DNA from: a virus
Lineage: Duplodnaviria; Caudoviricetes
IMG/VR virus record: IMGVR_UViG_3300049165_000080
Coordinates: 2,016 to 66,015 of that record
Strand: one strand, 5' to 3'
DNA: 64,000 bases
Shown here: piece by piece, positions 55,060-64,000 of the stretch
How the letters are laid out: every line of letters begins with the position of its first letter
How positions within the stretch are numbered: position 1 is the stretch's first letter
Notes under the pieces: model-generated
Databases searched by the model: none
Seen by the model: the letters and a program-made list of their open reading frames with translations, nothing else
What the model was told of the DNA's origin: nothing
Made by a program: the position numbers and the translations under genes

Positions 55060-55398
55060 TCAGCCCTCCATCCTGCGCAGCCGCGCCTCGGTGTGGTGGA
55101 AGCCGGAAAAGTGGTAGGCGGGCCAGGGCGGGCCGTCGAGCTCGTAGACGACGCCGTCCCAATCGATGCGGTCGGCGGCGTCGATGCCGGCCTGGTTGGT
55201 GATGAGCCGCCACATGCCGACGATTTTCATGCGGCCGTCCGGGGTGGATTCGCTGGCCGATTCTTGGTCGATCAGCGCGGTGATGGCTGTTCGGGTGGCG
55301 GCGTCGCCGTAGTCGTAGCTGGTGTTGCCGTACCGGTCGGTGACGGTGGCGGGGTGGATCAGGGTGACGGTGAGCGGCAGGTAGGCGTCGGGGATCAC
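55060..55398 (-). CDS. Head closure/stopper protein
   Basis: TDRYGN, ADRIDWDGVVYELDGPP, HHTE. Confidence 0.8.
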   Translation of the reverse strand: MIPDAYLPLTVTLIHPATVTDRYGNTSYDYGDAATRTAITALIDQESASESTPDGRMKIVGMWRLITNQAGIDAADRIDWDGVVYELDGPPWPAYHFSGFHHTEARLRRMEG

Positions 55399-56402
55399 CG
55401 GGCGCCCACCTTCGGCATCGCGACGGACTCCACCGATTGCACCCACCGGCGCAGATCGGCGTCCGGGTTGAGTTCGGCGGCGCGCTGCGTCGCCCGCTCC
55501 GACGCTGCCGCCCACTCGTGGTGGCGCAGCAGTCGCCTGATCTGCCGCTCCCAGCCGTCGAGGTCGTCCCGGTCGACGAACGTGCCGGCAGTTCCGATAC
55601 ATTCCAGCAGCCCTGGCGTGGGGTGAGCCACGACGGGGATGCCCGAGCACATTGCCTCTACGGCGGTGCGGCCCCACGACTCATACGACGACGGCATCAG
55701 CAGAATCCGGGTTCGGCCGTACACCGCTTCCCGCATCTGCCGGCCAGGCACATGCTCTTGCACGGCGACGTTCGGCAGATCCTTGATGATCTGTTTCCCG
55801 TAGGCGCCTTTCACGGCGAGGAACGAGACGTCCGGCATGCGTTCGGCCAGGCTCCAGAACACGTGGCCGCCCTTGTTGGCACACATGTTGATCAGCGTGA
55901 CCCGGTCGCCCGGCTCGGTGATGTAGTCGGCGGCGATGACCGGGGGCCGCACGACGACTCCTGCGGGAGGTGGGCCGGTCTGGGTGTTCGCCCACCACGA
56001 CAGGCATGAGGCCTGCACCCAGGAGGAGTTGTAGACGACCAGGCTGGGATGCCTGGTGAGCCAATTCCGCTCGTTGACGTGGTCGTTGTGCAGGACGTGG
56101 ACCACCGGCAGGCCGTACAGGTCGCCCAGTATGGTCGCCTGAGGGGTGCCCTTCAGGTGCGTGATGAGCACGTCCGGCCGGTCCTCGACGACCGCGTGCA
56201 CGGCGTCACGGTTGCCGCGATACGGGCGCACTGCCACCCCGTCCAGCATGTACGGCTCGCCCGGCCCGCCCGGGTCGGTCAGCTGAGCGACCACCTCATG
56301 CCCGGCCTCGACCAGCGCGGCCAGCATGGTGTGCAGCGCCCATTCCGCTCCCGCGTTTCCCGCCGGCGGGTAGAGGTGGACCAGCGCCAGGGCGTGCATC
56401 AC
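55395..56402 (-). CDS. GT-B fold glycosyltransferase (GT4-like)
   Basis: YPPAGNAGAE, LMPSSYESWGRTAVEAMCSGIPVV. Confidence 0.92.
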   Translation of the reverse strand: MMHALALVHLYPPAGNAGAEWALHTMLAALVEAGHEVVAQLTDPGGPGEPYMLDGVAVRPYRGNRDAVHAVVEDRPDVLITHLKGTPQATILGDLYGLPVVHVLHNDHVNERNWLTRHPSLVVYNSSWVQASCLSWWANTQTGPPPAGVVVRPPVIAADYITEPGDRVTLINMCANKGGHVFWSLAERMPDVSFLAVKGAYGKQIIKDLPNVAVQEHVPGRQMREAVYGRTRILLMPSSYESWGRTAVEAMCSGIPVVAHPTPGLLECIGTAGTFVDRDDLDGWERQIRRLLRHHEWAAASERATQRAAELNPDADLRRWVQSVESVAMPKVGAR

Positions 56403-56409
56403 GCCTCCC

Positions 56410-56805
56410 TCAGCATGCCGATGTCGGCCGGCAGCCGCGCTGGTGCCGTAGCCCGTCGTCGCGCAGGTCGACCGTGTACGCGGTCGGCTGGCCCGCGTTG
56501 AAGGCGGCCAGCAACATCGCCCGCTCGGCGTCGGTGAGGTAGAGGCCGCCGTCTTCGCCGTAGGACTCCGACACCGACCCCACTGTGACGGAGCGGCGGC
56601 CTCCCGGATTGGTGATGCTGCGCCACGCCACCTTGACCGCCAACGCCCGGGTCAGCTCGACCGCCGGCGTGTACCCGGCGGGCAGGATGGACCGGATCAG
56701 GGCGGAGGCGTCCTCCAGTTCCGCCCGCACCGTGTCCCCCATCGCGACGGTGGACACGGTGCCGTGACGCTGCTCGTAGTCGGTGAGCGTGGCGTAGCAG
56801 GACAT
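56410..56805 (-). CDS. Head-tail connector/adaptor protein
   Basis: YATLTD, LEDASALIRS, VGSVSESY, LYLT.AE. Confidence 0.85.
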   Translation of the reverse strand: MSCYATLTDYEQRHGTVSTVAMGDTVRAELEDASALIRSILPAGYTPAVELTRALAVKVAWRSITNPGGRRSVTVGSVSESYGEDGGLYLTDAERAMLLAAFNAGQPTAYTVDLRDDGLRHQRGCRPTSAC

Positions 56806-57161
56806 CAGCCGTTCTCGACCATCCCGCGCTCGGTGAGCGCGTTCACGATGTCGTCACGGGAGGCGTCGTCGGGCACCTCAACGCCTCGACGTGAAGCGTA
56901 GGCGGCCCACGCGTCGCGGCCGGAACCCTTCCCGGCGCGCGGCGGCTCGGGCAGCCGCGCCTCGGCTTCCCCATCGGTGCGAGTGGCGACCCGCTCCTGC
57001 GGATTGCCTTCCTCGTCCAGGTGGGCGGGGAGTTCGCCCTCCCACACGTCCGGGTTGGTGATCTGCGAGGCTGCCCACTCGGGCAGGTCCTCGCCCGGAC
57101 CGAAAGCGCGGCTCCGGCCCTCGTTGTCGACGACGTGGACAGTAGTTCTCAGGCGGGGCAT
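56805..57161 (-). CDS. Capsid-cluster hypothetical protein
   Basis: FGPGEDLPEWA...ITNPDVW; PPRAGKGSGRDAWAAYA. Confidence 0.75.
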   Translation of the reverse strand: MPRLRTTVHVVDNEGRSRAFGPGEDLPEWAASQITNPDVWEGELPAHLDEEGNPQERVATRTDGEAEARLPEPPRAGKGSGRDAWAAYASRRGVEVPDDASRDDIVNALTERGMVENG

Positions 57162-57171
57162 GGCATTCCTC

Positions 57172-58206
57172 CTAGGCGACGTCAGCGACCATGCTCAAAT
57201 CGGGGTTGGCGAGGATCGGCAGGCCAATCGCGGACGCCTTAGTCCACAGCGCGATCGGGTCCTCGTCCTCGTAGGAACCGGCGACGATGCCGGGCTCTTC
57301 GCCCATTTCGATCGAGTACTTCGGCGAAGTGGCCTCGACGGTGGTGCCCCACAGGGTGGCGCCCAGGTCGCTGGACTCGGGGCTGTTGGCGTCGCCGACC
57401 GTGGGCAGCAGCAGCAGCTTGTCATCGTCGATGATCTTCTCGGCTGCGCCGTTCACCTTCACCTGCGCGTCGTAGGTGTAGATCGGCGGCAGTCCGTGCG
57501 CCTCGAACACCTGGCCGAGCATGCCGGGCGCGACCAGCGTGGGCGTGCCGAGCGCGGTTGCGGCGAGCTGGCGGATCTCCTCGTTGCGGAGCAGATAGTT
57601 CAGCACCCGCGTGCTGGTGACGATGGAGCCGGGCAGTTCACCGTTGGTGGTGATGTACGTCTCCCGCCAGGTCAGCAGGTCCGTCAGCGGCGTCGCCGTC
57701 GCGATGTCGGACCACAGCGTGGCCGGCGCCACCGACATGGACCCCGACCGGCCGAAGTCGGCCTCCACGATGAGGCCGTTCTCATCGATGGTGACCGCAC
57801 CGTTGACGAGCGCGTCGCCGCGGGCCAGCTCCATACGCGCCATGATCGACTTGACCATGCGTTCGGCGTCCGTCATCAGCGCGCCACGAATGCGGTCGTC
57901 GAGCTTGCGCTGCCTGAGCCGGTCGTACTCACCCAGCCGAATCTTCCGGCTGATCGGCGGCAGCTCGCCGGACACCCGGATGACGCCCGGCCTGGAGCCG
58001 ATCGGCGACTCGGCGTCGTACGCCCGGAAGCTCGCGGCCTCGATCAGGCCCTCACCGCCGCGGGTGAACCTGAAGTCCAGGTCGTCGATCGGGTTGTTCG
58101 GCAGCCACCTGGCGAGGGAGAACTGGTTGCGCGCCCAATCCTGGGCGCCTGCCCGCACGTAGCCGGTCAGCTCCGCCGGGGTGATGTAGTCAGTGTTGAT
58201 GAGCAT
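57172..58206 (-). CDS. Major capsid protein (lambda gpE-like HK97 fold)
   Basis: 344 aa after the decoration gene; LPPISRK...EYD; LPILANP. Confidence 0.9.
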   Translation of the reverse strand: MLINTDYITPAELTGYVRAGAQDWARNQFSLARWLPNNPIDDLDFRFTRGGEGLIEAASFRAYDAESPIGSRPGVIRVSGELPPISRKIRLGEYDRLRQRKLDDRIRGALMTDAERMVKSIMARMELARGDALVNGAVTIDENGLIVEADFGRSGSMSVAPATLWSDIATATPLTDLLTWRETYITTNGELPGSIVTSTRVLNYLLRNEEIRQLAATALGTPTLVAPGMLGQVFEAHGLPPIYTYDAQVKVNGAAEKIIDDDKLLLLPTVGDANSPESSDLGATLWGTTVEATSPKYSIEMGEEPGIVAGSYEDEDPIALWTKASAIGLPILANPDLSMVADVA

Positions 58207-58215
58207 CGGAACCCC

Positions 58216-58605
58216 TTAGGCGAAGATGATGCGGCCGGCGACGTCGGCCTTGCCGGCGGCGTTGACCACGACCGGGAGCTTGGACTCGATGACAACGCCA
58301 TGGACGAGCATGGCGGCGCCGATGTCGGTGGTGGTGACACTCGGAATGTCCACGGCGCAGAACAGGAAGCCGGCCAGCACCTCGGTGCCGTCCGCGCCCG
58401 CGTCGTTGTACGGGCCGTACTTGCCGGTCGTGGTGATCAGGCCGAGCGGGATGCCGCTCTTGAAGTACCCGTCCGGGTAGTGGGTGCCCGCCGTGAACGC
58501 AGAGGTGTCCAGAGTGATCGTGCGGGCGGCGTCGGTGCCATGAGCCGAACCGAGCCACGACTGGTCGTCGGAAGCGAAGTTTTCGGTCCTCAGGGAGAGG
58601 TCCAT
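58216..58605 (-). CDS. Head decoration protein
   Basis: DQSWLGS.HG, SGIPLG, GFL; lies between scaffold and capsid. Confidence 0.85.
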   Translation of the reverse strand: MDLSLRTENFASDDQSWLGSAHGTDAARTITLDTSAFTAGTHYPDGYFKSGIPLGLITTTGKYGPYNDAGADGTEVLAGFLFCAVDIPSVTTTDIGAAMLVHGVVIESKLPVVVNAAGKADVAGRIIFA

Positions 58606-58623
58606 GTTGTCTCCTCAGGAAGG

Positions 58624-59358
58624 TCAGGTGGTTTTGTTGCCATGCCGCTCAGCCCACAGATCCCGGCCCGCTGAGACCGACGGCGCCTGCTTGCCGGTCT
58701 GCCGTGCCCCCTGGTCCAGCACCGGAGGCGCGGGAAGGGACGGCGGACCAAGCTGAATAGGCGAAGACCCGAAGTAGTCGACGGCGTCCGCCTCGTACTC
58801 CTCAGCGGTGGCGCCGACGATCCGGCGGGAAGCCGCCAGCAGTTTGGTCGACACCTCGGCCGGAAGCCCGGCCTTGATGGCGGCCTGTAGCCGCAGCAGT
58901 TCGGGCTCCATCGTCGCGACCCGCTGCTCGGCGGCGGTCGCTCGCGCCTCGACCCGCTCCATGTCGGTGCGGGACGCGTCGGCGAGCTTCTGCATCTCGG
59001 CGTCGGCTTCACGCAGGCGCGCGAGCTCCTCCGGGGTGACGTCGATCGCCTTGAGCCGGTCCTCGTGCTTGCGGGCGTGTGTCCGCCAGTAGGCGGCCTG
59101 CTGTTCGGCCGTCATGTCGGCTACCGGCGTGTTCTCCGGGTAGCCGCGCTCTCCTCCCACAGGAGGCTGCACAGGCGGTACGGGCGGCTGAGTGGGCGCT
59201 GTCGGGGCGGGCTGGCCCGTGGCGGGCTCCGGCTGCCCCTGCGGCTGTCCGACGTCCACGGAGCCTCCCAGAACGGGCCACACGACCCTGCCTGAAGGCA
59301 GAACAGCGATGGCCTGGAGGCCGGTGTACGGGTGGACGGGCAGCACGGCAGTGTTCAT
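58624..59358 (-). CDS. Capsid scaffolding protein
   Basis: Pro/Gln-rich N-terminus, QQAAYWRTHARKHE, coiled coil. Confidence 0.8.
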   Translation of the reverse strand: MNTAVLPVHPYTGLQAIAVLPSGRVVWPVLGGSVDVGQPQGQPEPATGQPAPTAPTQPPVPPVQPPVGGERGYPENTPVADMTAEQQAAYWRTHARKHEDRLKAIDVTPEELARLREADAEMQKLADASRTDMERVEARATAAEQRVATMEPELLRLQAAIKAGLPAEVSTKLLAASRRIVGATAEEYEADAVDYFGSSPIQLGPPSLPAPPVLDQGARQTGKQAPSVSAGRDLWAERHGNKTT

Positions 59359-59368
59359 GCGGATGATC

Positions 59369-59400
59369 TCCCATGTCGGGACGTACGCCCATGACGGGCG
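59369..59400 (-). promoter_or_regulatory. Twin GNCAU-loop hairpin leader of the scaffold gene
   Basis: CGCCC-GTCAT-GGGCG and TCCC-GACAT-GGGA; the second includes the SD. Confidence 0.6.
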
Positions 59401-59401
59401 G

Positions 59402-60301
59402 TCAACGGTTCGGAAGGTCGGCGGCCGACGTGAACTTCTGGCCTTTGACCGTGAGTACCGGGCCGATTTCGCCGTGCTCGTGCACGGTGAGCAGCTTGCG
59501 GTAGTCGATTCGTCGGCCTCCCCTGTCGGAGATGCCGAAGCGTTTGTCGATCTCCTCGTGCAAGGGGTCAAGTAGGTCGCCCAAGTTGACGAGGTTGTCT
59601 CCGTTGAAGACGTTCACGCCGCTGCTGGTGCTGCGGACGGCTTGCGCTCCGTCAGTGACGGTGACCGAGTTGATGACCTGCCCGGGGTCCTGGCGGCCGA
59701 CGATCGGCGCCACCGCGCAGTCGCATGCGGGATGGATAGGCAGCAGATCCTCGACGTGGTAGCGCTGGGTAGAGGCCAGCACGCACATGGCGCAGTTCTC
59801 GGCCCCGGTCAGGACCCGCCGGTAGCCGACGATGCGTTCATCGCCGCGCCCCGCCAAGGCGATGCGAGAGGAGTGCGTCTTCGCCAGCTGCAGGTCTGTG
59901 GCCGCGAGCCCTTCCGCCCGACGTAGTCCCGCCTGGATCGCAGCCTTGAGGAGAGCACCGCCAGCCAGGTCCGTCCAGATCTGGATGAACGGGCGACGGT
60001 ACACCTCGACGGCCGGCACCCCGCGCAGGTCGTCTCCGAGGGTCACCCCGGCGGGCTCGACCGGTTCGCCGAGCAGGTCGGACAGGATCGCCGCCAGGTA
60101 GACATCGGTCATGGCCGCCATCGCCTGCTGCGCCCCCGCGACCATCGGCGTCGCTGCCGCTATGAAGCTGTCGGCGTCGGCGTCCCGCCAGGAGGTGAGT
60201 CGGCCGAACAGGTTCACGATCGCGTCCAGCAGCGCGGTGCGCAGCGACGTGGCCGACGAGTTGTACGTGGCGGCGATAGCAGCTTGCTGCGGGTAGGCCA
60301 C
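59402..60301 (-). CDS. Minor head protein (SPP1 gp7/MuF-like)
   Basis: GYRRVLTGAENCAMC...PIHPACDC. Confidence 0.85.
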   Translation of the reverse strand: MAYPQQAAIAATYNSSATSLRTALLDAIVNLFGRLTSWRDADADSFIAAATPMVAGAQQAMAAMTDVYLAAILSDLLGEPVEPAGVTLGDDLRGVPAVEVYRRPFIQIWTDLAGGALLKAAIQAGLRRAEGLAATDLQLAKTHSSRIALAGRGDERIVGYRRVLTGAENCAMCVLASTQRYHVEDLLPIHPACDCAVAPIVGRQDPGQVINSVTVTDGAQAVRSTSSGVNVFNGDNLVNLGDLLDPLHEEIDKRFGISDRGGRRIDYRKLLTVHEHGEIGPVLTVKGQKFTSAADLPNR

Positions 60302-60309
60302 CGCTGCTC

Positions 60310-61782
60310 CTAGGTGAGGTTGTCAGGTGCAGGCCGCGGCGCCGGCGCGGGCTGCCCTGGAACCTGCTGGCCGGCGTTGAGGCTCGCGGCGAGAAACGCG
60401 TCCTGAGCCTGCCCGGCCGTGATGCGCTTGACCTGCTGCGGCGACTCGCCCATCCGTTCGGCGACCACGCCCAGCGGATACCCGATGCTCTTGATCTTCG
60501 TGGCCATGTCCGCGACCACGCTCGGGTTGAGCTGGCGCGGGTCCTTCCACCGGACCTCCGACGACACAAAGTCACGATCCGACCCAGCGATTTTCGCGGC
60601 CAGGCCGAACATGTCCTCCAGAGACTCGCCGAACCCGGTCTGATATTCGCCGATCTTGGCCACGTGGTTCGTGTCCAGCGCGATCACCGTGTCCGCGCTG
60701 ACGTTGATCAGGTCACCCGCGTAGTAGTACGCCGGCGTGTGCGTCAAGATCAGCAGGTCGAGGATGTCGGCCTGGTGAGTTTTCAGGTAACCGATCAAGT
60801 CGGTCTGGGAGAACTCCCCGAACTTGGTGTTCTCACCGGTCGACGCCCACAGTGTGCCCGGGTCAGGCCGGAAAGGCTGCTCCACCTGCGGCTGCCCGCT
60901 GACCGGGTCGAGGATCGGCAGACCCGTCTCCCCGTCCGTGATCGTCTTGAACTTGTGGCCAGTCACGTACTTCTGCCGGAACGCTGAGTACCGTTCCGCT
61001 GTCATCCGGTTCAGCATGCTGAGGTTGATGCGGTCTTGGATGTCGATGCCCTGCGCGAAGTCCGGCACCGGGGACTCACCCAGTTCTGGCGCACAAGTGA
61101 ACGGCACCACCGGAACTTCCTTCAGCGGGTTCTCTTGGGCTTCGACGTGGTTGCCGTCGAAGCCCAGCCGCAGCCCCCAGTTCTCGGCCCCCCACGGCAA
61201 CGCCCGGCCGCCAGAACGCCGACCCGTCTGGTACTTGACAATCCAGTCAGGCAGATAGACCGTGGCCTTCCCCACCTGCTCAATGTCGTCATACCAAGCC
61301 TTCAGCGCGGCGATCCGCTCACCGGTCGCCGGGTCATACTCGACGATCACTTCACGCGGATGCTCCGGAGTGATCAGGGGCCGCTTCGGGTCCTTCGGAT
61401 GCGGGCCAACGATCGCATACGACTCCGACTGGCTGAGCGAGGTCCGCCAGATCTGCTTCTGCTTGGAGTCCATGCGGTTCTGCTGCCACCACCGCCACGC
61501 CTCGTCATCCGACTTGCCGGCGGCGTCCGTCACACCGATCGCCAGCAGTCGGTGAACCGACGCGTCGACCACCATCTGCAGGAAGTTCGTGCGAGCCTTC
61601 CGCTGGAAGTCCAGGTACACCGACGCTGGCCCCTTCGGGCCTTGCGGCAGCGGCGGATTCCCCGAGTAGTAGTCCCACCAGCAGTTCAACTGGATCTGCC
61701 GGTCCCGCAGCTTCCTGCCAAGCCTGAGCAGCCACCAGTCCGGAGACAACGGGGTGGTATCCAGCACGCGCGCACCCCACAT
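60310..61782 (-). CDS. Portal protein (SPP1 gp6-like)
   Basis: YYSGNPP, NFLQMVVD, VPVVPF, EVRWKDP. Confidence 0.93.
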   Translation of the reverse strand: MWGARVLDTTPLSPDWWLLRLGRKLRDRQIQLNCWWDYYSGNPPLPQGPKGPASVYLDFQRKARTNFLQMVVDASVHRLLAIGVTDAAGKSDDEAWRWWQQNRMDSKQKQIWRTSLSQSESYAIVGPHPKDPKRPLITPEHPREVIVEYDPATGERIAALKAWYDDIEQVGKATVYLPDWIVKYQTGRRSGGRALPWGAENWGLRLGFDGNHVEAQENPLKEVPVVPFTCAPELGESPVPDFAQGIDIQDRINLSMLNRMTAERYSAFRQKYVTGHKFKTITDGETGLPILDPVSGQPQVEQPFRPDPGTLWASTGENTKFGEFSQTDLIGYLKTHQADILDLLILTHTPAYYYAGDLINVSADTVIALDTNHVAKIGEYQTGFGESLEDMFGLAAKIAGSDRDFVSSEVRWKDPRQLNPSVVADMATKIKSIGYPLGVVAERMGESPQQVKRITAGQAQDAFLAASLNAGQQVPGQPAPAPRPAPDNLT

Positions 61783-61785
61783 CCG

Positions 61786-63408
61786 TTAGAAGGTGTAGCC
61801 CTGCATCTCTTCGGTCTGCTCAAGCACGCCCTTGGCGATCGCGTCCGCCCGCGCTTCCCACGCCAGAATCGACGCCACCGCAGCGTCGATCTTCCGCGGC
61901 GAGTCCGGATGTTCCTTGCCGATCTGCACGCCCGTCCGCGATACCCGCCTGCGGGCGTTCAGCATGTGCCGGGTCAGCACGTGCGACCCGTCGTGCGTCA
62001 TCTCGCGGTCCACGATCGCGTTGTGCAGACGCTCGGTGGCCCGCACGATCTGCACTGCGCGTCCGCCCGACATCCACCACTCGATTGGATGGTCTCGCGC
62101 GGCTTTCACCTTCAACTGGGCGCCGTACTCGGCCTCCCAGTCGCCAACATGCCCCTCCCACTTGGCCGGGTCGGCGTAGAAGGCGACCACGTTGTACCGG
62201 GAGAAAGCCCCCTGCACCGCCGCGAGAACCTCAACCACCGGAACCTGCCAGCCGTCCGCTGCCGGCCCGTCCGGCTCCTCCCAAATGCCGATCGGAAAGA
62301 TGTGCCCGTCCGAGATTCGACAGCCGATCAGCGCCGTAGCGTCGGTGACGCCGCGGTTGCGCTTGCGGGATCCGTCGAAACCGAGCGCGATCGCCTCGCC
62401 GTCCGCTACAACCCTTGATGCGTCCACGCAGGCGGCCCACTCCGGCTGGGCGAGCCACGAGTCGGACGCGTGAGTGATCTGGTTCAGGAAGTCCGCCCGC
62501 GCCGTCTGCGGATCAGTGCTCGGATCCCAGATGGTTGCGACGATCACATCCAAGTCGACATGGCCGCCGGCGCTGTCAGCGGAGTCACCGTAGGTGTACG
62601 CCAGCCCTTCCAGGAGCGACACACGATCGCCCAAGTCCGTCTCCGGCGGCGCCTCGCGATGGTCGTAGTACAGGCCGTCGTCCTTCGCACGGCCCTCCCG
62701 GATCGCCGCCCAGAATTGGGCCGACATCTCCGCTACCGATTCCTCGCCGGGAATGAACGCGTTCGGCGATTCGATGGTCGTGCCACCGATCTTCGCAGCG
62801 TTGATCCGCATCACCTCGGCAAGGCGAGTGCCGCGGTTGGACTTCACCCACTCCTCGGTCTGGTCCAGCACCGCGAAGACCGGCTTATTGCCCTTGACGG
62901 TCCGCGCCGACGACGTTATCGGCTCGATCTTGCCCCGCGGCAGGTTCACGAAGGTATCGAGGGGCTCCAAGCCCGGGTAGGCGTCCAGCACCGGGCCCTG
63001 CAGCATCTCCAGCAGCGGCGTCCACGTGTTCTTCGTCTGCGTCTCCGACACCGCGGCGATCTGCACCAGCGGGGTACGCACCTCAGCCCACGGCTTGCCC
63101 ACCGGCTGCCCGTTGGCGTCCCAGCCGTCCGGCACCACCGGGCCGAGCGCTTCCACGATCGCCAACGCCGCCAGGAACGGGCTCTTGCCCCAACCACGCG
63201 GCCGGCTGATGACCCCACGCCTGAACCGGCGCTTACCAGTACGCGGGTTGATCTCGTAGAAGCGGAGAACGAAGTCCTCCTGCTCCGGGTACAGCACGAA
63301 CGGCTCGTACTCGCCACGGTCAGGGGCGGCGAGCATCTCCGCGATCCAGTCGATGACGTCATAGCCCAGCGTGGGGACCGCCCCAGGCTCGGGCGGGATC
63401 CACGGCAT
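61786..63408 (-). CDS. Terminase large subunit
   Basis: PRGWGKSP Walker A, AVLDQTE, LGFDGS, KIDAAVA. Confidence 0.96.
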   Translation of the reverse strand: MPWIPPEPGAVPTLGYDVIDWIAEMLAAPDRGEYEPFVLYPEQEDFVLRFYEINPRTGKRRFRRGVISRPRGWGKSPFLAALAIVEALGPVVPDGWDANGQPVGKPWAEVRTPLVQIAAVSETQTKNTWTPLLEMLQGPVLDAYPGLEPLDTFVNLPRGKIEPITSSARTVKGNKPVFAVLDQTEEWVKSNRGTRLAEVMRINAAKIGGTTIESPNAFIPGEESVAEMSAQFWAAIREGRAKDDGLYYDHREAPPETDLGDRVSLLEGLAYTYGDSADSAGGHVDLDVIVATIWDPSTDPQTARADFLNQITHASDSWLAQPEWAACVDASRVVADGEAIALGFDGSRKRNRGVTDATALIGCRISDGHIFPIGIWEEPDGPAADGWQVPVVEVLAAVQGAFSRYNVVAFYADPAKWEGHVGDWEAEYGAQLKVKAARDHPIEWWMSGGRAVQIVRATERLHNAIVDREMTHDGSHVLTRHMLNARRRVSRTGVQIGKEHPDSPRKIDAAVASILAWEARADAIAKGVLEQTEEMQGYTF

Positions 63409-63410
63409 GG

Positions 63411-63887
63411 CTACTCGTTCGACGCCTTGGGATCCGGCAAAGCGTGAAGCACCCCGCGGCGCTCCCTCGACGAGGGCACACTCTCCGGCCGGCGGCCGTC
63501 CGCCTCATCAGCCTGCGCGAACTGCATCCGCAGCCTCGCCCGGTCCTCCATCGTCGCGCCGAACTTCGCCACCCGCAGCCTGAGCTCAGCCGCCTGCGAC
63601 AGATCACCCATCCAGAAGCGTGCGTGAATCAGCGCCGTGTCGAGGAGGAACTGCCAGTCCGTTGAGGAGAAGTGCTCCGCCTGAGGCGACGCCTTCCACG
63701 TCTCCCACCAGTCCACCGTGCGCGCCGGCCACGCCCACTCAATGAGCGCGCCGTCCTGTTCGACCTCGAACGACGGCAGCTCCGGCGCTTCCGCCTTCTC
63801 GAACCGCAGGATCGTCTGCTGATGCGGATCCTTATTCTTCCTCGCTCGCCTTGACGGGTCCTTCGGTGCGGGGCCCATACCGGCCAT
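63411..63887 (-). CDS. Terminase small subunit
   Basis: MAGMGPAPKDP...ELRLRVAKFGAT.EDRARLR. Confidence 0.88.
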   Translation of the reverse strand: MAGMGPAPKDPSRRARKNKDPHQQTILRFEKAEAPELPSFEVEQDGALIEWAWPARTVDWWETWKASPQAEHFSSTDWQFLLDTALIHARFWMGDLSQAAELRLRVAKFGATMEDRARLRMQFAQADEADGRRPESVPSSRERRGVLHALPDPKASNE

Positions 63888-63896
63888 GATGCAACC

Positions 63897-63932
63897 TCCC
63901 ATGTCGGGAAAGCGGAACACCCATGGCGGGTG
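63897..63932 (-). promoter_or_regulatory. Twin GNCAU-loop hairpin leader of terS
   Basis: CACCC-GCCAT-GGGTG and TCCC-GACAT-GGGA(GG); same architecture as the scaffold leader. Confidence 0.6.
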
Positions 63933-64000
63933 ATCCACAGCTCAAGATCGTGAAAGTCCCAGGCCCGTAGGCGGGGGCAGCCACAGCACCTTCCCGGGCG

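Larger units (their letters stand above)
1..64000. mobile_element. Temperate actinobacteriophage (siphovirus-like) genome in non-integrated, attP-intact gene order, carrying an AICE/plasmid-like conjugation block
   Basis: Terminase, portal, capsid, tail, tape measure, lysis, integrase, repressor and replication genes are all present; attP lies internally with phage genes on both sides. Confidence 0.93.

Overview
The whole window is one high-GC temperate siphovirus-type element of an actinomycete (a filamentous host is inferred from the WhiB, TraB/Spd and XRE-DUF5753 genes). No host chromosomal genes are visible. From left to right: (1) a leftward early and replication arm, 1-23.6 kb, with SLOG/DUF4326/HIT/DUF262 genes, DnaB, a DnaC-like loader, an iteron-containing initiator, WhiB, an antirepressor, HNH and a Rad52/Sak-like annealase; (2) a cro/cI switch, two accessory genes and a tyrosine integrase, 23.3-27.3 kb; (3) an apparently intact attP with a tRNA-Thr(GGT) 3'-half core flanked by identical 21-bp arm sites, 27.33-27.58 kb; (4) a ~13 kb accessory block in the lambda b2-equivalent position; (5) leftward lysis, tail, head and terminase genes, 41.1-63.9 kb, with a glycosyltransferase embedded among the head-completion genes. 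The accessory block holds a Streptomyces-plasmid/AICE-type conjugation set (Spd-like membrane proteins, TraA-like, TraB FtsK-type translocase, an 8-bp-repeat clt-like locus, GntR Kor-like regulators), a second HTH initiator-like gene with its own iterons, a secreted nuclease and a possible toxin-antitoxin or defence pair. The main observation is that virion, integration and hyphal-conjugation modules appear to sit on one molecule. All family assignments come from motif recognition by eye; no database search was run.
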